DNA from: Octopus sinensis
Lineage: Eukaryota
Direction: 5' to 3'
Length of the DNA stretch: 64,000 nt
Assembly (NCBI RefSeq): GCF_006345805.1
Contig: NC_042997.1
Coordinates: 1,302,001-1,366,000 of the forward strand
Notes under the pieces: generated by a model
The model's input: only the letters and a program-made list of their open reading frames with translations
Databases searched by the model: none
What the model was told of the DNA's origin: nothing
Shown: piece after piece, positions 12,020-25,987 of the stretch
How the letters are laid out: each line of letters starts with the position of its first letter
How positions within the stretch are numbered: position 1 is the stretch's first letter
Translations under genes and position numbers: made by a program

Positions 12020-12110
12020 CCTATCTATCTATGCACGTGCGTTTGAGTGCATGTGTGTGTGTGAGACATAGAGAGTGTGTGTATGTAGATTCGTATATAT
12101 ATATATATAT

Positions 12111-12143
<33 letters not shown>

Positions 12144-12175
12144 GCATATATATATATATATATATATATATTTGT
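11968..12175. repeat. (CTAT)n, (GT)n and (TA)n microsatellites
   Basis: Seen directly. Confidence 0.95.
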
Positions 12176-14274
12176 ACGTTTGTGTATACAGAAATGATCT
12201 ATTGAGTTAGAAATTTAAAAGATATTAGCTCGCAGTATGTATCTCACCATGGACGTCGAGACATTGATAGATGCTATGGAGGGTATAGAAATGTATACCT
12301 CAATGGGAGAAATAATTCATCATATCAGTATTTCTACTTAACAATGTTATATTGCTTTCGCTGTAGTATAAATCTGTTTAGACGTAGATCTTAGTTGTAA
12401 AATTTGATGTTTACTATAAACAAAGGATAAATATAGAAACCGTTGAAAAATACTTTTATTGAACCTGCTTCAGAAAAGCTTCTTCAAACTATATATATAT
12501 TTCGTGGCAAAAAGTAATTTCTTTATTTTCCATTTGTTATATTATTCATCTTTCTTTGAACACAACTCATTTTCCAATATTAGATTTACAGAAAGATAAA
12601 TGCATCGGTTTTCTTACTGAAATTTTTATGTTGAGTAACAGGTGAGACGTAAAAACGATTAAGAGTTCAAAGGAGATGAAAGAAATATACAATCTTATCT
12701 TCAGACTTTTCACCAATTAATTGAAATTTGCTTTGTGAATTGCCTGAATTAATCGAAAAGTGCTTTATTATCTGCATTTGTATCCATATACGTCCTGAAA
12801 TCAAATTTGGCCTGTGTGCGTTTGCATTTCATTACTGGTTATTGAAAATATAAATAATGTACATATAGTGCAATAAACGAAATATTAGATACACTTATTG
12901 GATCAATTCAAATAACTCCAATAAAAATACCCATTGTGTTTGATATAAATTAATTGAGCGCATTTTAAGGAATCGACAGAGAAGAAACTAAATTTGAAAT
13001 TCACTACTGATTTCATATCCTAACAAAAAGTATTTTTAAATTCGTTACATAGAAAAATAGCAGTTATAAGTACAAAGACACATAGTAGAGTTAAACCGGT
13101 CAAAAAAACGAAACAAAAAACAATGGTACCAAGAGTTAAAATGTATTGTAGCTGTAGATAAAGTACCTCAATTTATCATAGATTTTGTTCACCCTTGCTT
13201 TACGTTATACTTTACCTTTTACATATTAAACTACTTTACTTGATATTTACAGTAATATATATGCCTATATATGCATGGATATGAACAATATAAAGATATA
13301 GATATAATTAAAACAAATTTTTCTTCGAACTTTTAATTTAACGTATTCATCAGCTATTTACATTTTTTTCTTTGGCACTATGTGTTATAGCTTCGGTAAG
13401 ACTATTCTGAGGAAGGAATACATGTCAAAATAATGTATTTGTGTATTATGAAGCACCATACTCTTTAAGTCGAAATTTTGATATCGTTTTTTTGTAACAG
13501 AGTAGAAGTAAATTAAAATTAGTTTTAAAACACATTATTGTCAACAATATATTTAAAAAGGAATATCGTAGGCAAGTGCTTTGCTCTTTAGATTCGAGCT
13601 GATGAAAGGTTTGTGAAAGGTTTGAGGTATTGTGTAGAATCAGCACAGCATAAAATCACCGATATAGTAACGGCAATTCAATACAACATTATACGCAGAA
13701 TTGTTGATTCTAAGTAACCCTTCATGCAGTAACCGACAACTATTTCAGTTTTGCATGTCATACATATTTAATTTCGATATGTCAGTTATACTGCACATTC
13801 ACAAACACATAAATACAAACATACGCACACACACGCACATCAACACACATAAACACATACGCACTCATACAGGCACATACACATACATACGCGTACACAG
13901 AGTTCCTATATATATGTGTGTATGTGTGTGCCTGTGTGTTTGTGAACATAAAGTCATGAGATGTCAGAGGTGAATATATATATTTACATAACCAAGTAAC
14001 TTCCATAGGGTTACAGGCGTTTCGCAATAGTCTAAATATCTTATCAATTCTGTAATTCAGTATGCAAAAATCATGTGTATATGTTTGCATTAAACATATA
14101 TTCTCAGCATTATACAATACCGTTATATATTCACACAGTAATGCAAATAATGGAAGAAAGCTCAAGAGATCATCAGATCAACATGGTTACATCAACATTT
14201 AAAACCTCTCTCCCTCTCTCCCTTTCTATCTATCGCTCTCTCTTCCCCCCCCCTCTCTCTCTCTACACACACAC

Positions 14275-14324
<50 letters not shown>

Positions 14325-14325
<1 letters not shown>

Positions 14326-15352
14326 CAAATTTATAAAAAAAAAGAATAATAAAAAAGCCGACGACGAGTGTAGGAACAACAAACAAATTTGATGCTCGAG
14401 AAAAATGGGAGTCTTTTACATTTCGAGCCTACGTTGTTCGACTGAAAGGAATAAGATAAGATAAATAGAAAGAAAGAATGAGAAAAAAACTTGTAGAGTT
14501 CAGCGGTCCAACGTGGCGTATCATTGGAAAAAAGAGAGTGAATGAAAAGAAGGTAATAATAAAGAGAGGTTGAATAAAAGGGAGATAATAATAGTGGTGG
14601 CGATCCAAATAAGGTAATGTGTGCAAGCATGTGTGTGTGTGTGTGTGTGTGGGCAATAATGATGTGTGTGAGAGCGTAATTGTGTATGCGTGAATGGGGA
14701 CGAGTGAGTTTCAAGTGTGTGTGCGTGAGTGTTGTGTGTAGCAGCTGATGTGTCCTTTTCCACGTGGTGTGTGTGTATAACCAAATAGTGTTCATGTGTA
14801 TAGTGTATGAATGTGCGCGAAAGTTATTTTTCTCTAAGTGTGTAACGTGTGTTTATGAGTGTAGCGTGTGTGTACATATATTGTCTCTGTTTAGATATTA
14901 AGTGCTTGTGTGGGTGTGGGAGTGTGTATGAAGGTGTGTGGTATGTGTACTGTGTTAAACAGTGTGTGTGGCTGTTCGTTTAGTGTTATGTGTAATGACG
15001 CTATTGAATATGTGTTCTGGTGTGTCAATAATCGTGTGTGGTGTGAGTGCTGAGAAATGGTAAGTGCTTGTGTGTTCGGAGTGGGTGTGTGTGTAATGGA
15101 GTGCAAAGTGAGTGGCGAGTTGAACAGTTTGTATGGGTGTGTGTATAGTAGTACGTGTGGGCAAAGGTACAGAGATGGGCGGTATACAGGTTTTTAGGTG
15201 TATGGGGCAGTTGAATATGGGAGGTGTGGTCATCCGTGAGCGATAGGTGTCAAATAAAGAGAGAAGGTGTGGTTGGTATCAGATGAAGAAAAGAGGTTAG
15301 GTGAGTCCATGTGGCACGAAGGAACAAAGAGAGAAGATCAATGCATGTCTAC
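14325..15352 (-). mobile_element. 5'-truncated Penelope-like element: ORF end, long CA-rich UTR and pseudo-LTR
   Basis: The minus strand at 15287-15350 reads ALIFSLCSFVPHGLT*PLFFI*, matching KLIFFRRSFASHGLNTLPLFI* at 20110-20177. It is followed by ~600 bp of degenerate CA repeats and a hammerhead-like motif at 14413-14448. Confidence 0.7.
14413..14448 (-). ncRNA. Decayed minimal hammerhead-like motif in PLE pseudo-LTR
   Basis: Minus strand: cttt-CAGTCGA-A-caacgtaggctc-GAAA-tg-TA|aaag. Stem I cttt/aaag, GUA site. Stems II and III are damaged. Confidence 0.45.
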
Positions 15353-17324
15353 ATTCACTAAGGTTACGCCAATTCTGTTTGTTGTCAATATTTTAGTCTT
15401 AGTATTTCATATCTTCTTTAGAGTCTATGTTTGAGTTTTCAAATCTGGACTGTGATTGGCATCCCCTCGTGCAAGAGAGATCACCTGAAACATTTCGTTT
15501 CGCATATCGCCAGTTTTCACTCTGTAACAATATAATTCTTATTTCCCACCTTTAGTTATATTTCTCAGTCCTAAGCGTTCAATTCTCCACGTAAGTGTCC
15601 TACAATCTTATTAACTCACTATTAAAGTAGCTTCTTACGTTTATCTTTACTTCACCTTGTCACAAATATTCTTTGCATAATTCCTCCATCTCAACAGCAT
15701 CTGCAACTAGGACCTGGACTTCATAGAAGGAGAAGGAAATGCATAATTTATTTTCTCTTCTCCGACAAAAATAATTTCAGTGTGCAGGATTCTGTATATC
15801 ACGGAACTCGTTTTATCAACCGAACAGTCACACTCATACATAGATATTCACTCCACACACTCACCCACACCATCTACCATTCTTCCAAGTTTTAATCTTT
15901 TTCCTGTTATGGCTATTCGGCAATTAATGCTCTAATGCATCGTAACTTTCGTTTTCTTTTTTTTTTTTTGCTAATCGACTATGTTAAGACCTCTCACTTC
16001 AAGGCTTTACTACGATTTTCAAAGGCTCCAAAATAATTCGCAGTCATCTAAGCCAATAAATATCCTCAGTTCGATGCACAAGACAGCGGTACAACCACGA
16101 TGTACAAACAACTAACCCGGTAGAATCAAGCAAATTGTTCCATACACCTTTTAGAGGCACAGTCAATTCGCAACATTGACGGCAAATAATTACAGCGTAA
16201 CATATTGCATAGCACCTTACTGCAGAATACACAGCTGGAAAGAAGCGCTGATTGGACAGACGTACAATGTACACATCTCGGACGTTTGTTAAGAGGCCAA
16301 TCAGACTTCTGATACATGAAGTTCAGTCCTATGATTCACTCTCAAAATATAGTGTTCTCAGAAACTCTCTGAATCTAATTGTTTCTCAACAAAAGGAACA
16401 TCCATTATCTCTTGTAAACATTCTCATGATGAATTTGAGCAGCAGGAATCCTGTTTAACAAGGATCTGTATCACTAGGCGTCACTGAAATTCTCTCTATC
16501 TATGTATAGAAGTAGGCACACACACACATACACATATACACACGTATGTATGTATGTATGTATGTATGTATGTATGTATGTATGTATGTATAATTATGGC
16601 ATACAGCTCAAACTGACAGCGTTACTATTCAGCTTCTTTATATGATTATTTTAATTATTTTAAGTTTCCTACATCTAATTAGTTTGGGCGCAGTGTGATT
16701 GGTACGGAATTGATGAATGAATTCTTGACATCTGGAGGTGCTAACGAAAAACAAATACAGATGATATACTGAACTGTACGGAATTCTTTTGTTTCTTGGC
16801 GGGACTGGGGTTTGCGAATTACGTAGTTTCGAATGCAACGGATACGTTCTGCTTTATCATTTTAGTCTGTTTATTATATTTGCATGGAGTTGTTATTTTG
16901 TTATTTCATTGTGCTCGTTATATTAGCACACTGCCTAGATCCGGATATCATATTTTCTTAAAAGAGCGTATATTCAATTATGCCAAATGTGTTTATACAT
17001 CACAATAGGTTTATAATAGTCTATGTACAGAAACAAATATGTCGTTCCTTTGTGTTCCGTATTATCACAGGACATTGCAATTTCACCTAATTGAGTAATT
17101 TTTGTTGATTTTTATGAAGGTGGCGTATACAAGCACACGTTTGCTCTTCGTTGCTGAAAATGATGACATCATTAATGATGTTGGTAGTATAGAAATTTAT
17201 ATCGGATGGTGGAAAATAATGTAGAAGGAAATTAATAGAGAATTCACTGGAAAGTTTAGAATGAATAGCATTTTCGGATATTGTAAAGAGACAATTAAAA
17301 TGAGTATGTAAATAGATTTTAGAA

Positions 17325-17340
17325 AAATTATGTATGTATG

Positions 17341-17389
<49 letters not shown>

Positions 17390-17427
17390 GCATACATTTC
17401 TATACACACACTTGTATACATATGCAC

Positions 17428-17489
<62 letters not shown>

Positions 17490-17580
17490 CATACATATAT
17501 ATGCACGTATATATGTGCGTCTTTGTATGTATATATGTATGTATATGCATGTGTGTGCGCGTGTGTGTATGTGTGTGTGA
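17325..17580. repeat. Compound (TA)n/(TATG)n/(GT)n microsatellite
   Basis: Seen directly. Confidence 0.95.
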
Positions 17581-18479
17581 GCGCGTATCTGCTTATATTC
17601 AAGGGTTGGAGATGATTTAAATTTATCACAAATAGAATAATGACTAAAATACTAAATTACAATAAAGAACTATAATTGGACATGAATAAATAGCTGCTGA
17701 ATATTTTCTTTCAAATAGCGATCTTAATTTTCTATGTTGCGTTTCTCCGCTTCCAATTTATTCTTGGAAGTAGACTGTTACGTTTCAGTATCGTGCTACG
17801 TATGTAAATGTGAATTTCCTTAAATAATTAATACTTTTCACGTAATCTAGTGCAAACGACGTCCCCCATGTATTATGATACTCAATCCCTCCAGGTATAT
17901 ACACCCTCGTAGGTTCAATCATATATAACAATATAAGGGAAAGTTATATTGATATTTAATTAAAATATATACAATTTGTAACAAACGAATCGCATAACAT
18001 GAGGTGGAATTATAGTGTAACTACTATTCCCTTTAATTTCTCAAACTGTTTCAAGTCGCCTTCAACCACTTATTTCATATTGAATCTCAATTTTGCCATT
18101 AGAAAACAAAAGCAGAAAGAATAAACATTTTAAAAGTCAGTTGCCTTATTAATTGAATATAATTGCATTGGAATTAATCATTTCAATAGATATATGATTT
18201 GGAGCAAAATAAATATTTAATCCAAAATAATTGTAGTGTACCAGTTTTAGAAACTGCACTGCCTGATATAAATCCATCAATAGGCTTAATATAATTATTG
18301 CGAACTAATTTATATTTTATTCTTCAGCAAAGCTTAGAGGAAAGAGAAGGATTTGTAATACCCATCTGGATAATGCATATGCAAATGCACATATACATAT
18401 GCATATATATATACATATAATTATAGGAAATGGAGGCGTTGCGTTCAATCATATAATAATATAAATAAAATATATGTGG

Positions 18480-19003
18480 GCATGAAGTGGTGAGCCTTTC
18501 TTTTTGGGAACAATGAGACAAACAAATGGAACGTAAGACAAGTAACATAAAGAACGACTCTACATCGATTTTCGACTCTTTATCTACTCCACATTTCGAG
18601 CAATTCACGACAATATGTGCCTTCGAGAAAACAGTTGCTCCCGCAAACCAACATAAAACTTGGGATTTTGTAGAAGGTCAAATTTGATAACAAAAGCAGG
18701 ACAGTGAAACAAATAGTGAGGGCTGCTGATCCAGACGGGCGAACGCTGAGGGACATTCTTTGACAGGAGAAAAGATAGGAGAGGAGTCAGACAAGAACAA
18801 GTCTGTTCTGTGCAACAGACCGGAAGAAAAGAAAGATGAAAACTTTTGGAAAACAAAGATGGATGATGGTCACGTGTGAACAACGAGAGAGTAAAGATGA
18901 AAGAGGGAGGGAGAGACACAGAGAGAGGGACAGAGAGAAAACGATGTAGGGGAGAAAAAGAATTAGAGAAAGGATGAGAGGGGGAGAAGGCGAAGGTGAC
19001 CAA
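18480..19003 (-). mobile_element. Probable inverted pseudo-LTR/UTR of the adjacent PLE
   Basis: CT-rich on the minus strand, like the PLE 3' UTR after 20177. It abuts the truncated RT in the opposite orientation and contains a stem-GCTCGAAA remnant near 18593-18602. Confidence 0.4.
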
Positions 19004-20180
19004 TTTCTTAATACATTGTTGGTAACTACCTTATCTCCATTTTCTTTTATAACTGTATAACGAATATGAGCCCCAACTATGCGAACCTTTTCTTTGGATA
19101 CTTTGAGCCCCAAATGTTCTCACGATTTACTGGTCCCACTGCCGAACTATAAGGTCGTTATATCGATGACTGTATCGGTGCAACCTCACTATCCCGTGGA
19201 TAATTAAACTCATTCCACTCTTTTGCCCAATCATTCCATCCTGCCCTCGAATTCTCCTGCCCTATTTCTAACTCTTCCGTCGCACTTTTAGACATGTCTG
19301 TCAGTATGCATCACTCCGGTCTCACTACCTCCATCCACTACAAACACACAGACTCGCGCTCCTGCATTAAATTCTCCGTTTCCCATCCTATCAGCACCAA
19401 GCTCTCCATCCCCAAGCTCTACGGTGACAAACATGACATTGAGACTCAGTTTCAACTCATGGCTCACCACTTCATCCTTCATCGATATCCCCTCACCAAT
19501 ACCCATATTACCCTTGCCAGGGCATGTTTCGTGGGGCGTGCTTCTGCTCTTTCTCCCCGCACCTGCACAGCCATTTCCCATCTTGCGTTTCCCGTCACCT
19601 ACCACCCTTTCACAACACCCTCAAACGCTCCAATCTCCGAGCCTTCCGCAACACAAGTCCGACCCCAACATCTCGCACATCTTCTCCAACCAACCACTTT
19701 CCTCCTTCAAACGAGCCCACAACCTGCAGGACCTTCTGGACCACAGTCTCTTTGCTAAGTCCACCTCCCAAACTGGCTCGTTCCCTTGCTCCCGCCCACG
19801 CTGCCTTATTTGGCACTACCTCTCTAACACCACCATCCGCACAGGCACCCATCATCGTCTCTATCACATCACAGACTCCTTTACCTGCACTTCATTTACT
19901 GCATCACCTAGTCTTTCTGCCCTTGTCTGTACATTGGTCAAACTAGGCGCTGCTTGGTTGACCGGTTGGCAGAGCACCTCAGAGAAATCCATCTCGTCAA
20001 AGACATCTAGGTCTCGCCTCATCACTGCTCTACTCTTCATTTACTACAAATTCTGTGTTCGAACTGTTTTTTCACAGAGGTCATCTAGACTCCCGTCTTC
20101 GACGTGAACATAAATTAATCTTCTTTCGTCGCTCCTTTGCATCACATGGGCTCAACACTCTTCCTCTCTTCATCTGACTC
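19004..20180 (+). mobile_element. Penelope-like retroelement, decayed RT and GIY-YIG endonuclease
   Basis: MSPNYANLFFGYFE, GRYIDD (YIDD at 19159-19170), FHPALEFS, LDMSV...TTSIHYKHTDS, GSFPCSRPRC, DSFTCTS, LYIGQT.R.L.DR.AEH and HGLN. Stops and frameshifts present. Confidence 0.92.
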
Positions 20181-20299
20181 CTCTTCTTCCTTCACTCCTA
20201 CACACCTCATGTACACATATTATACATACATACATACACGCATATAAACACACATAGACACAAACACACACATATATATATATATAAAGAGAGAAAGAG

Positions 20300-21515
20300 A
20301 GAGGGGGTGCTGAAAGAAAGGTTGCTTTTGAGATTTTGATTACTCAGCCCCAAAGAGAGGTACGTATGTCTGACAGGTAACATTCTGTCCGTGGTGTCTT
20401 AGTATTTTTTGTTCTTTTCATGTGAAGCCATGGCACTATAGACGATAGAGCAACGCGTGTTTGCCTAGGGCAGTTACGAGAAGTACATCGAGCCTATCAC
20501 AGCAGTTCAGCGTGAGTTTCGGCGCCACTTCAACATACCCCGAAATTCGGCACTTCCCACCAGCAACACAATCTTGGTTGAATGCACTTCGTACACGTGT
20601 AAACAAATGAATAGGATAATATTGAGGAGCCAGGAAAATGTGGAATGCGTCAGACAAACTTTGATACGGAATCCAAATCGCTCTGCTCGGAGGCATTCCA
20701 TCGAACTTACCATCGATTATCGATCGGTAAGGCGTATTTTGCACGAACACCTGAATTTCCACCTGTACAAATTGATCATTGGGCAACAGTTTAAACCATT
20801 GGACAATTCACAGCAGCTTAAATTCGCCCGTCAAATGGAGCAATTTTTGACGCCAATGACATACTCATTTTGTTAATAGGTGATGAAGCCCATTTTCATC
20901 TCAGTGGCATGGTGAATCGAAAGAACTGTCGTTATTGGGTTCTTGAAAATCCGAGAAAACCGCAGGAAAACCAGTGCACACCCCAAAAGTTACGGTTTGC
21001 TGTGTTGTTGGAAAAGTTGCCATCATTGGTCCTTATTTTTTTGAAGACGATAATGGAAATGCTGTTACTGTGAACTCCGAGTGTTACATCGAGATGATAA
21101 ACAACTTCTTTGTGCCTGAATTACGATGTAAACGTATGTCTGTTCGACGTATGTGATTTCAGCATAAAGCGGCGTCGGCCTACAGAGCCACAGCCTCAAT
21201 GGGCACTCTTCGCCCTCTCTTCGGTGACTGCCCCATTTCCAGGTTTGCTGATATTCCTTGCCTCACTCGGTCCCTTGATTTGTCCATGTGTTATTATTTC
21301 TTGTGGAGATACCTCAAAACACGTGTGTATGCGCCTAAGCCGCAACTTCCAAGAACGCCTTTAGAAATGTATCAATGAAAACGGATACAACGTAATGGAT
21401 GTTGTTTTCCAAACTTGATTTTGACATATGCTAGTTTAATACAAACTCATTGATGTCAATAAAACTTGTTTGCAGCTAAAATTAATGATTTTGTGAATAT
21501 TTCAAACACGCCCAC
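20300..21515 (+). mobile_element. Decayed Tc1/mariner transposon, DD41D (rosa/VS)-like
   Basis: N-terminal TIEQRVF..TAVQREFRRHFN (DUF4817-type HTH), NPNRSARR, GDEAHFHLSG.VN..NCRYW, IIGPYFFEDDNG.AVTVN and RSLDL..YFLW.YLK. There are 41 residues between the mutated 2nd and 3rd catalytic positions. Confidence 0.85.
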
Positions 21516-21977
21516 ACACACACAAATTATTTATCCTCTCATAAAATGTAGGTGATCTTAGATACAATACTCCCAGAGTTATGAGAGAAGCTCTCATATT
21601 AGATTTTGGTGCATTTCAGATTTATCTACATCGCTAGTGAGTAGATAGGTCTATAGCCATCGTCATCGGCGAGGTTACCCGTCCTTGTGATTTCGGCCTT
21701 CACTGGTCTTTTGGATAGTAGATAGCAGTGATGTACCTGCTAGTGTTATACATAGAATCACAGTGCCTAAGAGGCTATGAAGTCGCAAAGAGTAAGTGGG
21801 CTTATTGATTAATAATTACTAGCGACAGAAGCAGTATTAATTCCAAAGTGTAATATTTATCTTCACTTGTATGTTGTGTTAGAACACACAATACAGCAGC
21901 AGCCTCTATGAGAGATCCTCTGATTTTGGCTTTCGTTGCATATAAACACTAGTGCACAGACATACACACACACACAT

Positions 21978-22024
<47 letters not shown>

Positions 22025-22058
22025 CATATATATATATATATACATTCATACACATACA

Positions 22059-22134
<76 letters not shown>

Positions 22135-22135
<1 letters not shown>

Positions 22136-22840
22136 ACAGTTACCGGTAATAGGTGGATGTAGTTATAACTGGGCTTCATGTACCTTTGCATATCTTTTAA
22201 GTCCTGCCGAATTACACTCTCTTCGCCATGCCTGAGAAATATGATTAGGATGGTGTGTAACACCACCATCAGTGGCCAGGTTGTCACTCATCTGTCTCGC
22301 TTTATGACTAAGAAGATGACTCTTGAGTCCAGCTTTACTAAGGCAGGGTTTTGTACAGACACTGCATGTCAGCATCATAGGAAGACCCTTCCCATCTGGA
22401 AGTGTAACAGCGATGCCCTTCCTGACATCCCTCCTTACTTTCTCATGCGCAACTCGAGATTTCTCAAATATAGCTGTCCCCTCGTGCATGATCCTTCTCC
22501 ATGATCAATAGCTATACCCTCCCATGTGTCAGGAAAGATGCAAGTATCTCTTAAGGAAGCCATCAACAAGTCCTTATACCTCCTTTATTGTTTATGTGGA
22601 GGTCGTTCTCCTTTAGCTAACTCTCCATAAAAGAGTTGTTTTGGCATTCTTGAATCCTTCATCCTGACCAGATGACCACTCCATCTGATCCTTTGCTTTA
22701 ACACAAGAGCTTCTATACTTTCGCACCGAGAGCCTTCCAATATTTCAAGATCACTGATCCGGTCCTCCCAGTTAGTGCCATAGATCCGTCGGAGACACAT
22801 CTGATGGAGACGCTGCAGTAGTTTAAGGTGGTATCGATAT
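22135..22840 (-). mobile_element. RTE-clade LINE 3' fragment (copy 1)
   Basis: CLRRI...W.DRI...E.L, RWSGHLVRM.DSRMPKQLFYGEL..G.R, and a terminal C2H2 finger CSVC...LSKAGLKSHLLSH. Confidence 0.9.
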
Positions 22841-23169
22841 GTATATATGTTGTAAACTTCATGCAGCTAACCTTAATTTGTCTATACATTTATTCATTCG
22901 ACGTTTCATGATGAGCATACAAACTAAAGCAATTTCATTGCTTCCACAAACGAACTGAAAACAAAACTAACATATAAAAAAACACACGAGAGAATGAAAA
23001 GTGTATACTCAACGGAATTCCCTATAAAAATAGGGAACTCATTTAAAGATTAAGATCTATGTATGAAAGCGCTAACTTATCTTTATGGGCATTACAAAAT
23101 ATTGTTTTTAATATTAAGATACCATATTAAAAAACGTGAAAACCAGACTGTTTTACCTTTATTCAACTG

Positions 23170-23223
<54 letters not shown>

Positions 23224-23278
23224 ATATATATATATATATATACATACATATATATATATATACATTCATACACATACA

Positions 23279-23311
<33 letters not shown>

Positions 23312-23360
23312 TATATATATATATATATAATATATATATATATATAATATATATATATAT

Positions 23361-24065
23361 AACAGTTACCGGTAATAGGTGGATGTAGTTATAACTGGGC
23401 TTCATGTACCTTTGCATATCTTTTAAGTCCTGCCGAATTACACTCTCTTCGCCATGCCTGAGAAATATGATTAGGATGGTGTGTAACACCACCATCAGTG
23501 GCCAGGTTGTCACTCATCTGTCTCGCTTTATGACTAGAAGATGACTCTTGAGTCCAGCTTTACTAAGGCAGGGTTTTGTACAGACACTGCATGTCAGCAT
23601 CATAGGAAGACCCTTCCCATCTGGAAGTGTAACAGCGATGCCCTTCCTGACATCCCTCCTTACTTTCTCATGCGCAACTCGAGATTTCTCAAATATAGCT
23701 GTCCCCTCGTGCATGATCCTTCTCCATGATCAATAGCTATACCCTCCCATGTGTCAGGAAAGATGCAAGTATCTCTTAAGGAAGCCATCAACAAGTCCTT
23801 ATACCTCCTTTATTGTTTATGTGGAGGTCGTTCTCCTTTAGCTAACTCTCCATAAAAGAGTTGTTTTGGCATTCTTGAATCCTTCATCCTGACCAGATGA
23901 CCACTCCATCTGATCCTTTGCTTTAACACAAGAGCTTCTATACTTTCGCACCGAGAGCCTTCCAATATTTCAAGATCACTGATCCGGTCCTCCCAGTTAG
24001 TGCCATAGATCCGTCGGAGACACATCTGATGGAGACGCTGCAGTAGTTTAAGGTGGTATCGATAT
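23361..24065 (-). mobile_element. RTE-clade LINE 3' fragment (copy 2)
   Basis: Duplicate of 22135-22840. Confidence 0.9.
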
Positions 24066-24392
24066 GTATATGTTGTAAACTTCATGCAGCTAACCTTAAT
24101 TTGTCTATACATTTATTCATTCGACGTTTCATGATGAGCATACAAACTAAAGCAATTTCATTGCTTCCACAAACGAACTGAAAACAAAACTAACATATAA
24201 AAAAACACACGAGAGAATGAAAAGTGTATACTCAACGGAATTCCCTATAAAAATAGGGAACTCATTTAAAGATTAAGATCTATGTATGAAAGCGCTAACT
24301 TATCTTTATGGGCATTACAAAATATTGTTTTTAATATTAAGATACCATATTAAAAAACGTGAAAACCAGACTGTTTTACCTTTATTCAACTG

Positions 24393-24464
<72 letters not shown>

Positions 24465-24466
24465 AT

Positions 24467-24512
<46 letters not shown>

Positions 24513-25407
24513 TACAGAGAGAGAATACATTTGCATTCTGTCTGCGTCGCTTCTCTATGCCTCTCTCTACCTCTCATTCTCCCTCTCCCTCTCTTTGTAT
24601 ATATATATATATGTGTGTGTGTGTGAGTGTTTGTGTGTATATGTCTGGCTGTATGTAGCAGCATTTAGTAACCAATGTTTAAAGTTATAATGTCATAATG
24701 GCCTAAACTGATAAAAATGTTCAAAAGAGTACTCCCACAATTATTTGTTTAACTTTAGAATTTCTCTTTGATAAATATTTATACACCTTGATCAATATTT
24801 TCATAAGACTGGCAGGTTATTATAAAATTCGCAGATGAATCGGCTTCGTATCAGGGACACCTGTTAACACTGTGAATTACAGGGATGCTTTTATACAGAA
24901 ATTTTTATAGAAAATTATACGAAGAACGTCACCAGAATCTTTTAGAACACGTTACTGACTTCTTTAAAAAAATCAATAAAAAACACACTTTGCTTTGATT
25001 TTTTGCAATAAAATTGTTCAACCATGTCATTATTTACAATCTTGCTGAATGGACACATGCATTGATGATACTGGAATAAAATTTTATTTAGCCTGAAAAA
25101 ATGCTTAAGTATTTGACGTGCCCTGTAAGTTAAGGACTATATCATCACTTAGTGAAGAGTAATGAAATGATGTATTGGTATACAGTACGTTAGTGAGCCC
25201 CTCACCTCTACTTCACGTTCGATGCTGCTTGGTGGCTATGTATCTAAATACGTATGAAAATCTAACCAAGCAGTTTCACTTCTATGAAATACATGGCCTT
25301 TCTATGGATTATCATCATTTCAAGGGAATTATGAACTTGGTAATTTGCAATTAGTTGTTTATCCAGTGCTTTTGAATTGCAGGTGATAGCTCTTACATTA
25401 AAAAGCA

Positions 25408-25449
<42 letters not shown>

Positions 25450-25987
25450 TATATATATATATATTGTCTCTCTGTAGCCCTATGGCTTTCTTCTAACGCC
25501 AGCTCAAAAATTTACTCGTCCTGTCGAAAAGACGCTTGTCCGTGACGTCCTGTTTTTGTTGTTATTATTATTATCATTATTATTTTTACGTATTTTTGTA
25601 TTCTTATTCGTGCTATCATTATTCTTTTTACGTATTTTGTATTTTTATTCGTGTAACATCGTCCGTTTTTCCGTCCTTGTTTTGTATACATTCGAGGCTT
25701 TCTTCCAAGGAATCTAATGCGCTTGGCTTAGATTTCCCTTTGGGGCTGGCCAGATCGGAGCAATCTCAAGATTAATCAGCCGAAATTGCGAAGATGATCC
25801 GGTTCTTGACTGAAGATTGAAGGCTTCGAATGTCCCGTCCGTGTTTTTTGTATCGTCTTCTAAATGTTTCACGTTCTTGTCCCAGTTTGTATTTTTTTAC
25901 ATTTACATATATATTTTGTTTGTTTTGTTTTGTTTGTTTTTCCAGTTTCAGCTCTTGAGCTGTGGCCATGCTGGGGCACCGCCATTG

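Larger units (their letters stand above)
21960..24510. repeat. Near-identical ~1.22 kb tandem duplication bounded by (TA)n tracts
   Basis: 22135-23175 matches 23361-24398. The offset shifts from 1226 to 1223 through one 1-bp and one 2-bp indel. Confidence 0.95.
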
